Assembly (NCBI GenBank): GCA_016187025.1
Contig: JACPKM010000004.1
Location: forward strand, 228,887-292,886
DNA: 64,000 nucleotides
Origin: Candidatus Daviesbacteria bacterium
GTDB taxonomy: Bacteria > Patescibacteriota > Microgenomatia > Daviesbacterales > UBA10151
Reading direction: 5' to 3'
Part shown: one piece after another, positions 27,780 through 37,233 of the stretch
Layout of the letters: each line of letters starts with the position of its first letter
How positions within the stretch are numbered: the stretch's first letter is position 1
Notes under the pieces: model-generated
Databases searched by the model: none
What the model was told of the DNA's origin: nothing
The model's input: only the letters and a program-made list of their open reading frames with translations
Translations under genes and position numbers: made by a program

Positions 27780-30700
27780 CTATTTGAGTTGATTATAGGC
27801 GTTAGATAAATCTATTAACATTTGATCAGTAGTTTGGTATCTATTTCTTGGTTCTGGATCAAGCCCCTTAATAAATATTCTTTTAATACTATCAGGTATG
27901 TTTGCTGGAATTTCAAATCTTCCATTCGTATGGGCTTCATATTCTCTTTCTAGTAATCTTTGCGTTGATTCACCTTTAAATCTTGGAACATTAAATGGGA
28001 AATTACCAGTCATTAACTTATATAGCAATACTGTTAATTCATAGGTATCGCAGCTTAAAGTAACATTAGGGTTTTCTCTAAAAAGTTCTGGAGGTCTAAT
28101 ATGTCTATTTCCTCCTACAAACCCTCTCCTAAATTTCCCCCCGGTACCTTTAATGCTACCTGCATCAAAGTCGATTATTTTTATACCTTGCTCGCCCAGT
28201 AGGATATTAGAAAGTGCAATATCAAGATGTACAATACCTGCATTATGAAGCTCTCTTATAGTTTCTGCAATTTTTATAGTAGTAGCAATTGCTTGCTGGG
28301 GTGGTAAAGACCTATTTGTCGCAAAGTAATGCTCTAAATCAGTATTTTGAAGTGGATAAATTTTAATGATTTCGTCACCGTTATCAATTTCATCTATAAA
28401 AGTACCAAATGTAGGGCTTGTTGTTTGTGCCTTGATTATTGTTTCTAGATCTTTTACTCCATCTGGATAACGATTTGCTTTTGCAATGTATTCTCTTTCA
28501 CTCTTTTTTACCCTTTTAAACGACAAAATCTGTCCAGTTGTTTTATTGTATCCTGCAACAATTTGTCCCATTTGACCTGATCCTAAAGGTTTATCTAAAC
28601 AAACCACATAATCACCAAATTCTTGAATTTGCGTGCTCTCCTTTAGCTTTTCTAGATCATACTTTGGAGCAGTTGTTGTAGGTATAACTACTGGGTTTTC
28701 CTTATTAAACTGATCCAAAGCGTTATCCGCTTCTGCTTTTTCTGCTAACTCACGTTCTTTTCTTGTGATATCCAAGTTTTCTAGTTCTTTTTGGAATTCA
28801 TCCTCAAGTCTGGTAAGCTCAGCCAAAGTTTCTGGAGTTCCTTTACCTGCTTTTATATCTCTGAGTAATACTCCAATCTTTTGATAGTGTTTTAATCCTC
28901 TAACTAAAACATCCATATTTATTATAACCACATTACCATTTACTACTTTGTACTGGATTCCCGACCATCGTAGTGCACGTTGGTAATATTCAGAGTCCTT
29001 GCCAAGTCTTTCGCCATGTTCGTAAATATCAAGTGTTTTATTAATAACTGTCTCCAATCCTTCTTTGAATTTAGCAAGTTGAGCGGGATCATCGTAATTA
29101 ATATTTTCTCCTTCCCCAAGTTGCATTCTTCTGATTTCATCATCGAAGGCACTGAATTCTTTTTGCCATTGATCTAAAGGAACAATTCCATCCTTGATTG
29201 CGGCTATGGCTCGTCTGGCTGATGTGTATAGCCTGGATACTCTTGTTCCCGCGAAGGTAACTCTTTTATGGTCCTGTCGACCTTCAATAATTCCCCAGCC
29301 AATCGCAATATCTTCCCCGCCTTCAGAACCTGGTAAATAACCACCAATAGCAGCATAAATACTTCCACGAAACGCAAAGTTTGCTCCACTTGAAGGCATT
29401 CGCCCGCTGCGGTGGCGACCAATTACGGCTAAATTCTGAAACAAACGCGTACCAATATGTAATAGTGGATATTTAATATAAGCTTCCGGATCCCAATCGA
29501 GTTGACCCAGCATTCCATCTACTTGCGGGTTTTGTTCAAACTTCTGAATGAAGTTACTTAAATATGTTGGAGCAATACCTTTGTTATCTGCATCGTTACT
29601 TATTAAGATTATATCTTCTGCTTTAGGACCTCTCTGATATTGCCTAAAAAGTGCAATATCATTTAAATACTTTCTGATAGTGCCAATGTTTGCCTGCTTT
29701 ATAGGGAGCGCTTTAACTACCACTCTAATAGGCACATCAGGATGATCTTTTCTAAATCGTTCTATTTCTGATAAGGTGTTATCGGGTTTGACTGGTTCTC
29801 CTTGTTTATCAGTTTGTGGGTAATTTACAAAAAGCAAGATCTCATATTGGTCCTTAGAAGCATCCTGAGGTAGATAATTTGCCAAAGAGTTATAAATATT
29901 TCCTCCTTCTTGATGTCCTGCTACCGGAATACAAACTATAGCCTTTAAGTTCACCGAAGGTTCTTCTTTAATCTGTCCTGTTAACTGTTTTATTTCTTGA
30001 TAATATGCTGGATTCTGCTTTTCAAAATACATCTGTGCTTCTTGGTATGAATTTAGTTTTGCATTGGGGTTTTGCTTTAATGTTTTAGATCTATTTTTTG
30101 CTAAGATTTTCAAAATTTCCTCTCTTGGCCTGCCTCCATAAAGAGAGCCAGGAGGTATAAGTCTTTCTTCAAATGGTAGAGGGTGATATGGGGCAAAAGG
30201 GGTTGCCCAGAGCTTATCTGCAGGTATTTCTGCTGGTAAAGGTGGGATATATTTAATTGCTTCAGGCGGGGTAAGCTTAAACCCTTCGTGAGGCGGTCTG
30301 GGCTCAGGAATAGGAATTGCCTCCCCCGGAATAGTAGTTGGAATCTTTTGAACTTCCCCCGGACCAACTGTTGTTGAAAGTATAGTTCTTACCATGGATC
30401 CATCCGGCCTTTTTTCAACATGCGCAACCTCAATAAATTCTACATTCTGAAAGTTTCCCCATTTGTTCCTAATGGGATTTCCATTTTGATCCAGATTAAA
30501 TAAAGCTTTTGTTAAAGGAGAGTTAGCATCTAAATTAAGTTTTCCCTGCATAAGCTCCGGATGGGTTTGGGCATTAATTACCACTACTTGTCTTGCCTCA
30601 TCAGCTGCATGATCAGGAGTAATTAAAATCTCAAAATTTCGATAACCATTTTGAGAAATATCTTTTGCAAGCCTGCCGTATTGTGAATCAATGGAAAAAT

Positions 30701-33700
30701 CCCAGTTTACCCCTCTTTTTCCATCAGGCAGAAGCTGTGATCTCATCTGGGAAAAGTCCAGCTCAACTTGTCCATCTTTTACCCTGTGATGAAATTGCAG
30801 TTCTTTGCCGTCTATTCCAATTATATTGCCAGTATCCTTACTGCCTGCTGGTCTGCCGTCAGCAAATCTTCTTATGGTGTCGTTATCATGCCAAAGATCA
30901 CGTCTGGCCCGGTCTACCTCCCCAATTTCTTTATGTTCTCTTATAAAACCAAAAAAATCTTTATCAACAATCTTATCGGGACTTTTCTCATATCTTATTC
31001 CAGGAGGTGTTTCAAATTGCTTAGACTCAATTGCCCATCCTTCTGTTTTGAGCCTGGATTGGACACTGTCCCAGTTAACATTTGCATTAGCCGGATCCTG
31101 CGGGTCAAAAGACAAAGCTCCTTCCTGGTCAAAATGGCCCACAATCCAAGCATTATCAGGGCTTTTTATATCAGGGTTACCCAGAAAAATAGAAACAGAG
31201 CCACGGTCTTTGTTCAAATCCACAATTGAGCTTCCGTGGATAAAAGTTAAGTCCTGCTCCGGTGAGCTGGCAAAATTCTTAATCTTTTGATGAATATTAA
31301 AATCAGGGTTATCATAGATTTCTCTTGTCCATCCTGTATCAGTTACTAAATTTTTAATTTTTGGATCAAGGCTGGCTTCAGCTCCTGAAATAACCAGTGA
31401 GCCTTCTGAGGTAACCCTCACCGGAGGACCGGCAATTGTCTGCCCGGTAGCCCTGTCTATAAAATGTGCATTGTGCCCATTATCCGCTCCATAGTTTGTT
31501 GCTAAAGTCAGATCATTGTTAAGGTCGTAATTTTTAGGATTATCAAAAGTTTGTTTGAAAGTATCCCTTGCTAATCCAGGTGCTCTTGTAGGTGTCCACC
31601 TGGTTTCAAAAAAGCCCCTTCCATCCATCATGTTTTGAACACCCCTGACAGCCAGTCCTCCTGCAAATCCTAAGGTAGATGCAAAAATTGTTGCTCCAGC
31701 TGCCTGGCGGACTCTGTAGTTTCTTGCTGCTCCATTTTTTGCTCTTTTGTCATCACTGATTTCCTGGTCAACAACATCAAATTGCTCTGACAGTAAAGTA
31801 TTAAGTTGTGCCGCATCTGTAATCTGGGACCTTAACTTTTGCTCAAGCCTTGCTGCAGCATCAACCAACTGAGCAACTTCCTGATCTGCTAAAACATAAT
31901 TTTTACCGTAAGTTATATACTCACTTTTTTCTCTTCTTCCTCTAATAAGTCTTACTCTAATTTCCTGCATTCTTCTTGCTACTTCTTGCTGGTTGGTCGT
32001 GTTGGATAAATCCAATGTGAGTAATTGATCAACTCCCGCTTGGAGATGATTTTGACCTCCGCCATCAAGCAGTTGCTTTGCAGAAAAGGTTTGGTAGCGG
32101 GATCTTTCCATATCCCGCCTTCTTTCTGTACCACGCAGTCTTCCCCATAGCCCTCCATTTGCCTGCATATCAGGTACTGTTCCACCTAAAGCAACCTCTG
32201 CTGCATGCATTTTTTGCTGATGTGCGACCTCTCCTAGTCTTCTTAACCCTACAACTCCTCCTCCTGCAACCGCACCAAGAATTAATCCTCCTAATGGTCC
32301 TGCTAAAGCTGTGCCTCCAACTACAGCGCCTATCCTCACCCCGCCATTTGCAGCTTTTAGCAGCCCATCTGCCCCCAGCGAAACCGCTGCTCCCACAAAC
32401 AGAGGGTTTAGAATTGTTCCTGCCAGCAGACTGTCGCCGCCCTTTACTAAACTTTCAGCCCGTCTTCTTCTTGCCCAGGCAACAGTTTTATCTGTGGCTG
32501 TGAGGTTTTCGGTATTACCGGCAAATCTTGCATTTGCAAGCCTTATGGTGACATAAGCATCAATTTGGTCAGCTCCTTCCTGGTGTTTTGCCAGATTATC
32601 TTTGAGCTTTAGCCCCATTTCCAAAAGATCTGTTGCAAAATAATCAGCAATCTGCCCAAAACTTTCAGCTTGATTACCAAATAGTTGCCTGATTAAAGGA
32701 TTATCCATATTGTTTTGGACAAACTGAGTTAACTGCCTTCTAACATCTTCTTTTCTTTGTCTAATTTCAGCTTCATTTTGAGGAACATTACCAGTAACAA
32801 TAGGGGTAAGGATGTCTTTAATAATTTTGCCTCTTAAGTCATTTTGTTCAGGAGTGTTTTTATCTAGTGTAATAATTTGCTCTCCATTTAGAGTTTGATT
32901 TGCTTTTAATCTGCCCAACACTGCTTGCTGTTGCGCATCGGTACTGTGTCTTAGATCATTTAGTCTTTGTGCAGCTTCTTGAGAGAGGCCTCTCACTGGA
33001 GAGCCATCAAAAAATGATTTTCTCATCTTTTCGTACATTAGATTAACCGCTCCACCTCTGCCGAGTCTTACTCCTATCATTGAGGGAATTCTCCAAATAT
33101 CCCTCCAGCCTTTAAACTTCAAAAACTTTTCTACCTCTTTTTGTGCGTCCAGGTGCAAAACTTTTTCAATAACGTCTGTATTTCTGGTAATATTTATTTC
33201 AACCTCTCTTTGTTCTGGCTGAGAAGATGGAGATGGTTCTACTCCTGGTCTTCCTGGGGTGTCAACAGGTGCAGGAGCTGCAGCAGGTGCGCCGCCTGGA
33301 GCAGAAGCTGCAGGAGCTGGGGAGGGGGCAGCAGGCTGTTTGACAGGTTGCAGAGTATCTGGATCAACCAGCTCCCTTCTTGCCTCCAATGCAGGCTTGG
33401 CAACCTCAAGCCAGTCTTTATCTGGTTCTCCTCTTTTTCTGGAATCCTGATATGCAAAATACGCCTCTTGTTGTAAACGGGCTTTAAATTGTGGACTTGA
33501 TTCATCGTGAGCATCAGGATGCACCTCTTTATAAGCCTTACTGCTTGCTTTTAAAACTTTAATTGCATTTTGAATTTTCTTCCTCTCATTTTTATTAGTT
33601 GTAAAAAGAGCTTCCTCGTTTAACAGTTCAAGAAGCCCGTCAATCGGAACACCCTCACTTTGGCTGAAAGCTTGCCCTGTTTGGGGATCTGTAAAGTTGT

Positions 33701-34010
33701 TTGTAAAACTAAACCCGCCCTTTGCGATATCAGCTTTATTTTTAGGATCAGGTTGATTGCTGCTATCCGGGTGGGGTGCAAAAGCGCCTTGGATAGCTTC
33801 ATAAGCATGTCTTGCCTTGTTTATCTTACCTGTTTGATTGGGGTCTGCAAGCAAACTTGGGTTATTTAAAAGCCCCTCAATTTTTGTTAGTCCAAAACGT
33901 AGAGCATTTTTGACTTGTTGCCGGCTAGGAATTTCCGGGGTGTTAATTTTACCAGGATGACTTTCTATATCTTGAACTGAGACAGGGTTTTCTGTTGGTT
34001 GGCCGTTCAT
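27780..34010 (-). CDS. 2076-aa multidomain protein: Gly-rich hydrophobic core, GT2-like glycosyltransferase, C-terminal Ser/Thr protein kinase
   Basis: GAVVGGTALAGPLGGLILGAVAGGG segments; IVCIPVAG, ISNDAD, SGANFAFRGSIYAAIGGY; kinase LGSGQMG, LSFKRV, IVHLDIALSNILL, IIDFD, RPPE, CDTYEL. Confidence 0.9.
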   Translation of the reverse strand: MNGQPTENPVSVQDIESHPGKINTPEIPSRQQVKNALRFGLTKIEGLLNNPSLLADPNQTGKINKARHAYEAIQGAFAPHPDSSNQPDPKNKADIAKGGFSFTNNFTDPQTGQAFSQSEGVPIDGLLELLNEEALFTTNKNERKKIQNAIKVLKASSKAYKEVHPDAHDESSPQFKARLQQEAYFAYQDSRKRGEPDKDWLEVAKPALEARRELVDPDTLQPVKQPAAPSPAPAASAPGGAPAAAPAPVDTPGRPGVEPSPSSQPEQREVEINITRNTDVIEKVLHLDAQKEVEKFLKFKGWRDIWRIPSMIGVRLGRGGAVNLMYEKMRKSFFDGSPVRGLSQEAAQRLNDLRHSTDAQQQAVLGRLKANQTLNGEQIITLDKNTPEQNDLRGKIIKDILTPIVTGNVPQNEAEIRQRKEDVRRQLTQFVQNNMDNPLIRQLFGNQAESFGQIADYFATDLLEMGLKLKDNLAKHQEGADQIDAYVTIRLANARFAGNTENLTATDKTVAWARRRRAESLVKGGDSLLAGTILNPLFVGAAVSLGADGLLKAANGGVRIGAVVGGTALAGPLGGLILGAVAGGGVVGLRRLGEVAHQQKMHAAEVALGGTVPDMQANGGLWGRLRGTERRRDMERSRYQTFSAKQLLDGGGQNHLQAGVDQLLTLDLSNTTNQQEVARRMQEIRVRLIRGRREKSEYITYGKNYVLADQEVAQLVDAAARLEQKLRSQITDAAQLNTLLSEQFDVVDQEISDDKRAKNGAARNYRVRQAAGATIFASTLGFAGGLAVRGVQNMMDGRGFFETRWTPTRAPGLARDTFKQTFDNPKNYDLNNDLTLATNYGADNGHNAHFIDRATGQTIAGPPVRVTSEGSLVISGAEASLDPKIKNLVTDTGWTREIYDNPDFNIHQKIKNFASSPEQDLTFIHGSSIVDLNKDRGSVSIFLGNPDIKSPDNAWIVGHFDQEGALSFDPQDPANANVNWDSVQSRLKTEGWAIESKQFETPPGIRYEKSPDKIVDKDFFGFIREHKEIGEVDRARRDLWHDNDTIRRFADGRPAGSKDTGNIIGIDGKELQFHHRVKDGQVELDFSQMRSQLLPDGKRGVNWDFSIDSQYGRLAKDISQNGYRNFEILITPDHAADEARQVVVINAQTHPELMQGKLNLDANSPLTKALFNLDQNGNPIRNKWGNFQNVEFIEVAHVEKRPDGSMVRTILSTTVGPGEVQKIPTTIPGEAIPIPEPRPPHEGFKLTPPEAIKYIPPLPAEIPADKLWATPFAPYHPLPFEERLIPPGSLYGGRPREEILKILAKNRSKTLKQNPNAKLNSYQEAQMYFEKQNPAYYQEIKQLTGQIKEEPSVNLKAIVCIPVAGHQEGGNIYNSLANYLPQDASKDQYEILLFVNYPQTDKQGEPVKPDNTLSEIERFRKDHPDVPIRVVVKALPIKQANIGTIRKYLNDIALFRQYQRGPKAEDIILISNDADNKGIAPTYLSNFIQKFEQNPQVDGMLGQLDWDPEAYIKYPLLHIGTRLFQNLAVIGRHRSGRMPSSGANFAFRGSIYAAIGGYLPGSEGGEDIAIGWGIIEGRQDHKRVTFAGTRVSRLYTSARRAIAAIKDGIVPLDQWQKEFSAFDDEIRRMQLGEGENINYDDPAQLAKFKEGLETVINKTLDIYEHGERLGKDSEYYQRALRWSGIQYKVVNGNVVIINMDVLVRGLKHYQKIGVLLRDIKAGKGTPETLAELTRLEDEFQKELENLDITRKERELAEKAEADNALDQFNKENPVVIPTTTAPKYDLEKLKESTQIQEFGDYVVCLDKPLGSGQMGQIVAGYNKTTGQILSFKRVKKSEREYIAKANRYPDGVKDLETIIKAQTTSPTFGTFIDEIDNGDEIIKIYPLQNTDLEHYFATNRSLPPQQAIATTIKIAETIRELHNAGIVHLDIALSNILLGEQGIKIIDFDAGSIKGTGGKFRRGFVGGNRHIRPPELFRENPNVTLSCDTYELTVLLYKLMTGNFPFNVPRFKGESTQRLLEREYEAHTNGRFEIPANIPDSIKRIFIKGLDPEPRNRYQTTDQMLIDLSNAYNQLK

Positions 34011-34012
34011 TA

Positions 34013-34351
34013 CTAGTTTGTAACTGGTGTAGAAATAACTGTATTCCCAAGATATAAATCCCTAAAATCCAACATAGCTTTGGCAAACACATCCTCTGAG
34101 TTGGGAATTTTTTCTTTTAAGAATTGTTGAATTTCTTGTTGTGGCCTTTTTTGGTCCACCATTTGGCTGAATTGGTCTAAATGTTCAGGGGGCAAATTAT
34201 CCAAAATAGTTGTAGACAGGAAATTATCAAGTCTGACATATAAATCATCGATTAGCTGCTTGTGCATATTCCCGTCTGCAGCAGTGATACCTGCCTCTGT
34301 TAATAGATTGTCTAAATAGCCCCTAACTTCTGGTGGAATTTGGTTATCCAA
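34013..34351 (-). CDS. Small acidic helical protein, DUF5663-like (CPR)
   Basis: Strong SD AAGGAGGTGA before TTG; L..RLD.FL...ILDNLP..HLD.F...EIQQFL.EKIPN; stop 2 nt before giant gene start. Confidence 0.75.
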   Translation of the reverse strand: MDNQIPPEVRGYLDNLLTEAGITAADGNMHKQLIDDLYVRLDNFLSTTILDNLPPEHLDQFSQMVDQKRPQQEIQQFLKEKIPNSEDVFAKAMLDFRDLYLGNTVISTPVTN

Positions 34352-34443
34352 AAAACTTCACCTCCTTATTCATACTTAATTCCAGTATTTCACTAATAAT
34401 AATATGTTGTCAACAGGAAACCCGCTATTTATACTTAAAACAC

Positions 34444-35139
34444 ATGTTATTTGTTTTTGTGTTTTTACTTGAGTTGTTTTTGTTGTATTTCTTATCTAAA
34501 AATTTGATAAAAGAGTTATCCGTAATTCTTCTAAAAATAAGCAAGTATAACCATTCATTTACTGTTAATATTTTGGCTGTAGTTTTTTTGCCTGGGACAA
34601 TAATGCATGAGCTTGCTCATCTTTTAATAGCCGGAGTTTTGATGGTCCCTGTTGGCGAGTTAGAAGTGATCCCTGAGATAACAGATAAAGGAGTCAAACT
34701 GGGAAGTGTCCAAGTTGGCCAAACAGACCCTTTTAGAAGAATTTTAATAGGAGTTGCTCCGGTTTTAGTAGGGATTGCCACCATTACCTTTATAATTTTT
34801 TTCAACCTTGATACTTTAAAAAATTTATCTTCCTGGTTGATTATCTCTTCGGTTGTTTATGGACTCTTTGAGGTTTCTAACACTATGTTTTCCAGTAAAA
34901 AAGATATAGAGGGGGCTTTAGTGTTTCTTGGTGCTTTGGTAGTTGTTGGAGTAATACTGTTTGGGGCATTTTTATTCACAGGACAATCAATTCCTAACAG
35001 TTGGCTAAAACTTGTTGATTTTTCCTCTGTTTATATCTTTTTTAAAATGGTTAGTTTATATATGCTCCTGCCTTTGATAATTGATTTGTGCTTTTTTGCA
35101 GTTTTTAAACTGGTTAACCTAGCCTTAAATCGAGGTTAA
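34444..35139 (+). CDS. Membrane protein with HExxH motif (M50-like metallopeptidase)
   Basis: FLPGTIMHELAH, LGSVQ...DPFRRILIGVAP, NTMFSSKKD; several TMs; ATG 34444. Confidence 0.75.
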   Translation: MLFVFVFLLELFLLYFLSKNLIKELSVILLKISKYNHSFTVNILAVVFLPGTIMHELAHLLIAGVLMVPVGELEVIPEITDKGVKLGSVQVGQTDPFRRILIGVAPVLVGIATITFIIFFNLDTLKNLSSWLIISSVVYGLFEVSNTMFSSKKDIEGALVFLGALVVVGVILFGAFLFTGQSIPNSWLKLVDFSSVYIFFKMVSLYMLLPLIIDLCFFAVFKLVNLALNRG

Positions 35140-35229
35140 AAGTGGCAGTAGTGAAAACAGCAGGATTGATATCCCTGCAATTACTGACAAAACAATCCAA
35201 AAAATTCTAAACTTTTTTGAATACATCAT
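35125..35229 (-). CDS. Small single-TM protein (34 aa), below ORF-track cutoff
   Basis: MMYSKKFRIFWIVLSVIAGISILLFSLLPLLTSI*: basic N-terminus plus one hydrophobic helix. Confidence 0.5.
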   Translation of the reverse strand: MMYSKKFRIFWIVLSVIAGISILLFSLLPLLTSI

Positions 35230-35336
35230 ACTTTTATATTCCGGGCATAGAGAGTATTTCAAGCTCTGCTTATATTATAATATTTGCTTTTTAAAAAGAA
35301 AAGATATATAAATTAATTTTAGAAGGAAGTCAAAAG

Positions 35337-35636
35337 ATGAGTACTATAGAAGCAGATGCACCAATTGCGTACAGGCCAGAAAGCCTGTTTTCAACTATGC
35401 CTGTTGATACTTATAGAGGTGCCAGGAGATTTTGGCGGACCGTAATAGATTGGACCGTAGTAGGTGCAGGAGCCTTTCTTGGGTCTGCTTTAGCCATGCA
35501 TACAGGATTAGTAGATCCTGGACTTGTGCTTCATGAAGCTGTGTTATATCAAGGTGCAATTGGCGGTGGGGTAATGGTGGGTTTTGTTACAGCTTCACTT
35601 CAAGCCAATCCAATGGAGATGATAGCAAGGTCCTAG
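35337..35636 (+). CDS. Hypothetical membrane protein
   Basis: 99-aa ORF, two hydrophobic stretches, SD-like AAGGAAG. Confidence 0.6.
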   Translation: MSTIEADAPIAYRPESLFSTMPVDTYRGARRFWRTVIDWTVVGAGAFLGSALAMHTGLVDPGLVLHEAVLYQGAIGGGVMVGFVTASLQANPMEMIARS

Positions 35637-36736
35637 ATTTTTGCTGTAAGGAGTTCTATTTCCTCTAAGGCAGATTTTTTGACAGGGTCTTCAAAATATT
35701 TTCTTGCAGGTTCTAATTTTTCGATTAGCCACTCTGCCACAGCCACCTTCAGATCCTGGGGGTGGAGTTTTTTTTCTGCATAGTCTTTTTCTAAATCCTT
35801 ATAAGAGGTGTAAGTTAAATTCCCTCCCCACTTTTCAGGGCGTTTAATTGTTAGGCTGGAATTTTCATAGTAAAAAATTAAATGTTTTGTCCAGTCTAAG
35901 ATAGGGTTAAATTCCACTTCCCCTTCCGGTGCATAAGCATTATTAACCTTTCTTTTGATCTCTTCTGGTGAGTCCGTAATAAAAACAGCAGTATCCGGTT
36001 TGGATTTGCTCATTTTGGTTGCTTCCAAATCCAAAACTTTTTTTCCAGTTTCATCGGTGGTGAAAGTTGGTGTTAAAAGCCCTTGTAAAAGGTGATGATG
36101 TATGGCAACAGGTTTTTTCTCCCCTAAGCTTGGTGCTGCCTCCCTTGCCACAACATGAACGTTTCTTTGGTCAGTTCCGGCATGAGCAATATTGATCCCT
36201 AAAGCAAATATATCAGCAGACTGCATGGCTGGATAAATTAACATGGCAGTGTCGGATATTTCAGATTCTTTTCTGCCCATAATAGTGGTGGATCTAATCA
36301 TCCTGGAAACGGTGGTAGCTTTGGCTACTTTAATTACCAAAGCCCAATATTTTGAACCCATTTTTTCGTAAAACTCACTCCCTAAAATAAAGTTGATTTT
36401 GCCCGGATCTGCACCGGCGACAGTTGCACATGCCCTTAATGCTTGCTCAAAATAATCGCGCCCTAGCCTTTTGGCAGTCTCCAGTGTGCCATCTAGTTTT
36501 TTATTCAACCAGGTATGCCAATCAGCTAACAGGACATTTGTTTCCACCTCCGCATCTTGCAAGTCTTTGAATTTCATCATCATAAAGACCCACCCTACAT
36601 GTGCCTTCCCAGAAATTTCTAAGCCGATGTAATGTTTTAAAGGTGTGCCTGAATCTATTAAGGCTTTTAGTTCTTCTGAAGTTAGAACCTCTTCTAAATT
36701 TCTTGTAATTAAATTGTATTTTTCCTCTGATGTCAT
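35633..36736 (-). CDS. tyrS: Tyrosine--tRNA ligase, archaeal/eukaryal type
   Basis: YIGLEISGKAHVG, LLADWH, YPAMQSADI, GTDQR, KMSKS, KKLHPQDLK; 367 aa with no S4 domain. Confidence 0.93.
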   Translation of the reverse strand: MTSEEKYNLITRNLEEVLTSEELKALIDSGTPLKHYIGLEISGKAHVGWVFMMMKFKDLQDAEVETNVLLADWHTWLNKKLDGTLETAKRLGRDYFEQALRACATVAGADPGKINFILGSEFYEKMGSKYWALVIKVAKATTVSRMIRSTTIMGRKESEISDTAMLIYPAMQSADIFALGINIAHAGTDQRNVHVVAREAAPSLGEKKPVAIHHHLLQGLLTPTFTTDETGKKVLDLEATKMSKSKPDTAVFITDSPEEIKRKVNNAYAPEGEVEFNPILDWTKHLIFYYENSSLTIKRPEKWGGNLTYTSYKDLEKDYAEKKLHPQDLKVAVAEWLIEKLEPARKYFEDPVKKSALEEIELLTAKI

Positions 36737-36796
36737 AGCTGTATATTACTTTTTTATGCAAAACAAAACAAGAATCTATTATGATATTATTGGCCA

Positions 36797-37231
36797 ATGA
36801 GTGTAATAAAGCTTCCTTTTAAGGACTACAAAGCAATTTATTCAAAAGTACCCAGGCTGTGTGTGGATTTAGTAATTAAAGATAGTACTGGGCTGTTGTT
36901 GACTTTAAGGGATATTGAGCCAAGAAAAGGCTTTTGGCATTTACCAGGAGGTACGGTACTTTATGGAGAAAGTCTTGAAAGTGCAGTTGAAAGAATTGCA
37001 AAGGAAGAACTGGGTATAGATGTTAATATACAAAAATTTTTAGGATCTATAGAATTTTTAAATAATCCAAAAATTGCTGAGCATGCAGTATCTTTAGTCT
37101 ATCTTGTTAAACCTGTAACAAAAGATATAATGCTAAACCATCAAGCATCAAAGTTTGACTTTTTTAAGCTCTTGCCCAAAAATACAGTAGCAGAACATAA
37201 AAATTTCCTGCTGGCATCCTGCCTTCTTTAA
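36797..37231 (+). CDS. NUDIX hydrolase
   Basis: WHLPGGTVLYGESLESAVERIAKEELG. Confidence 0.9.
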   Translation: MSVIKLPFKDYKAIYSKVPRLCVDLVIKDSTGLLLTLRDIEPRKGFWHLPGGTVLYGESLESAVERIAKEELGIDVNIQKFLGSIEFLNNPKIAEHAVSLVYLVKPVTKDIMLNHQASKFDFFKLLPKNTVAEHKNFLLASCLL

Positions 37232-37233
37232 GT

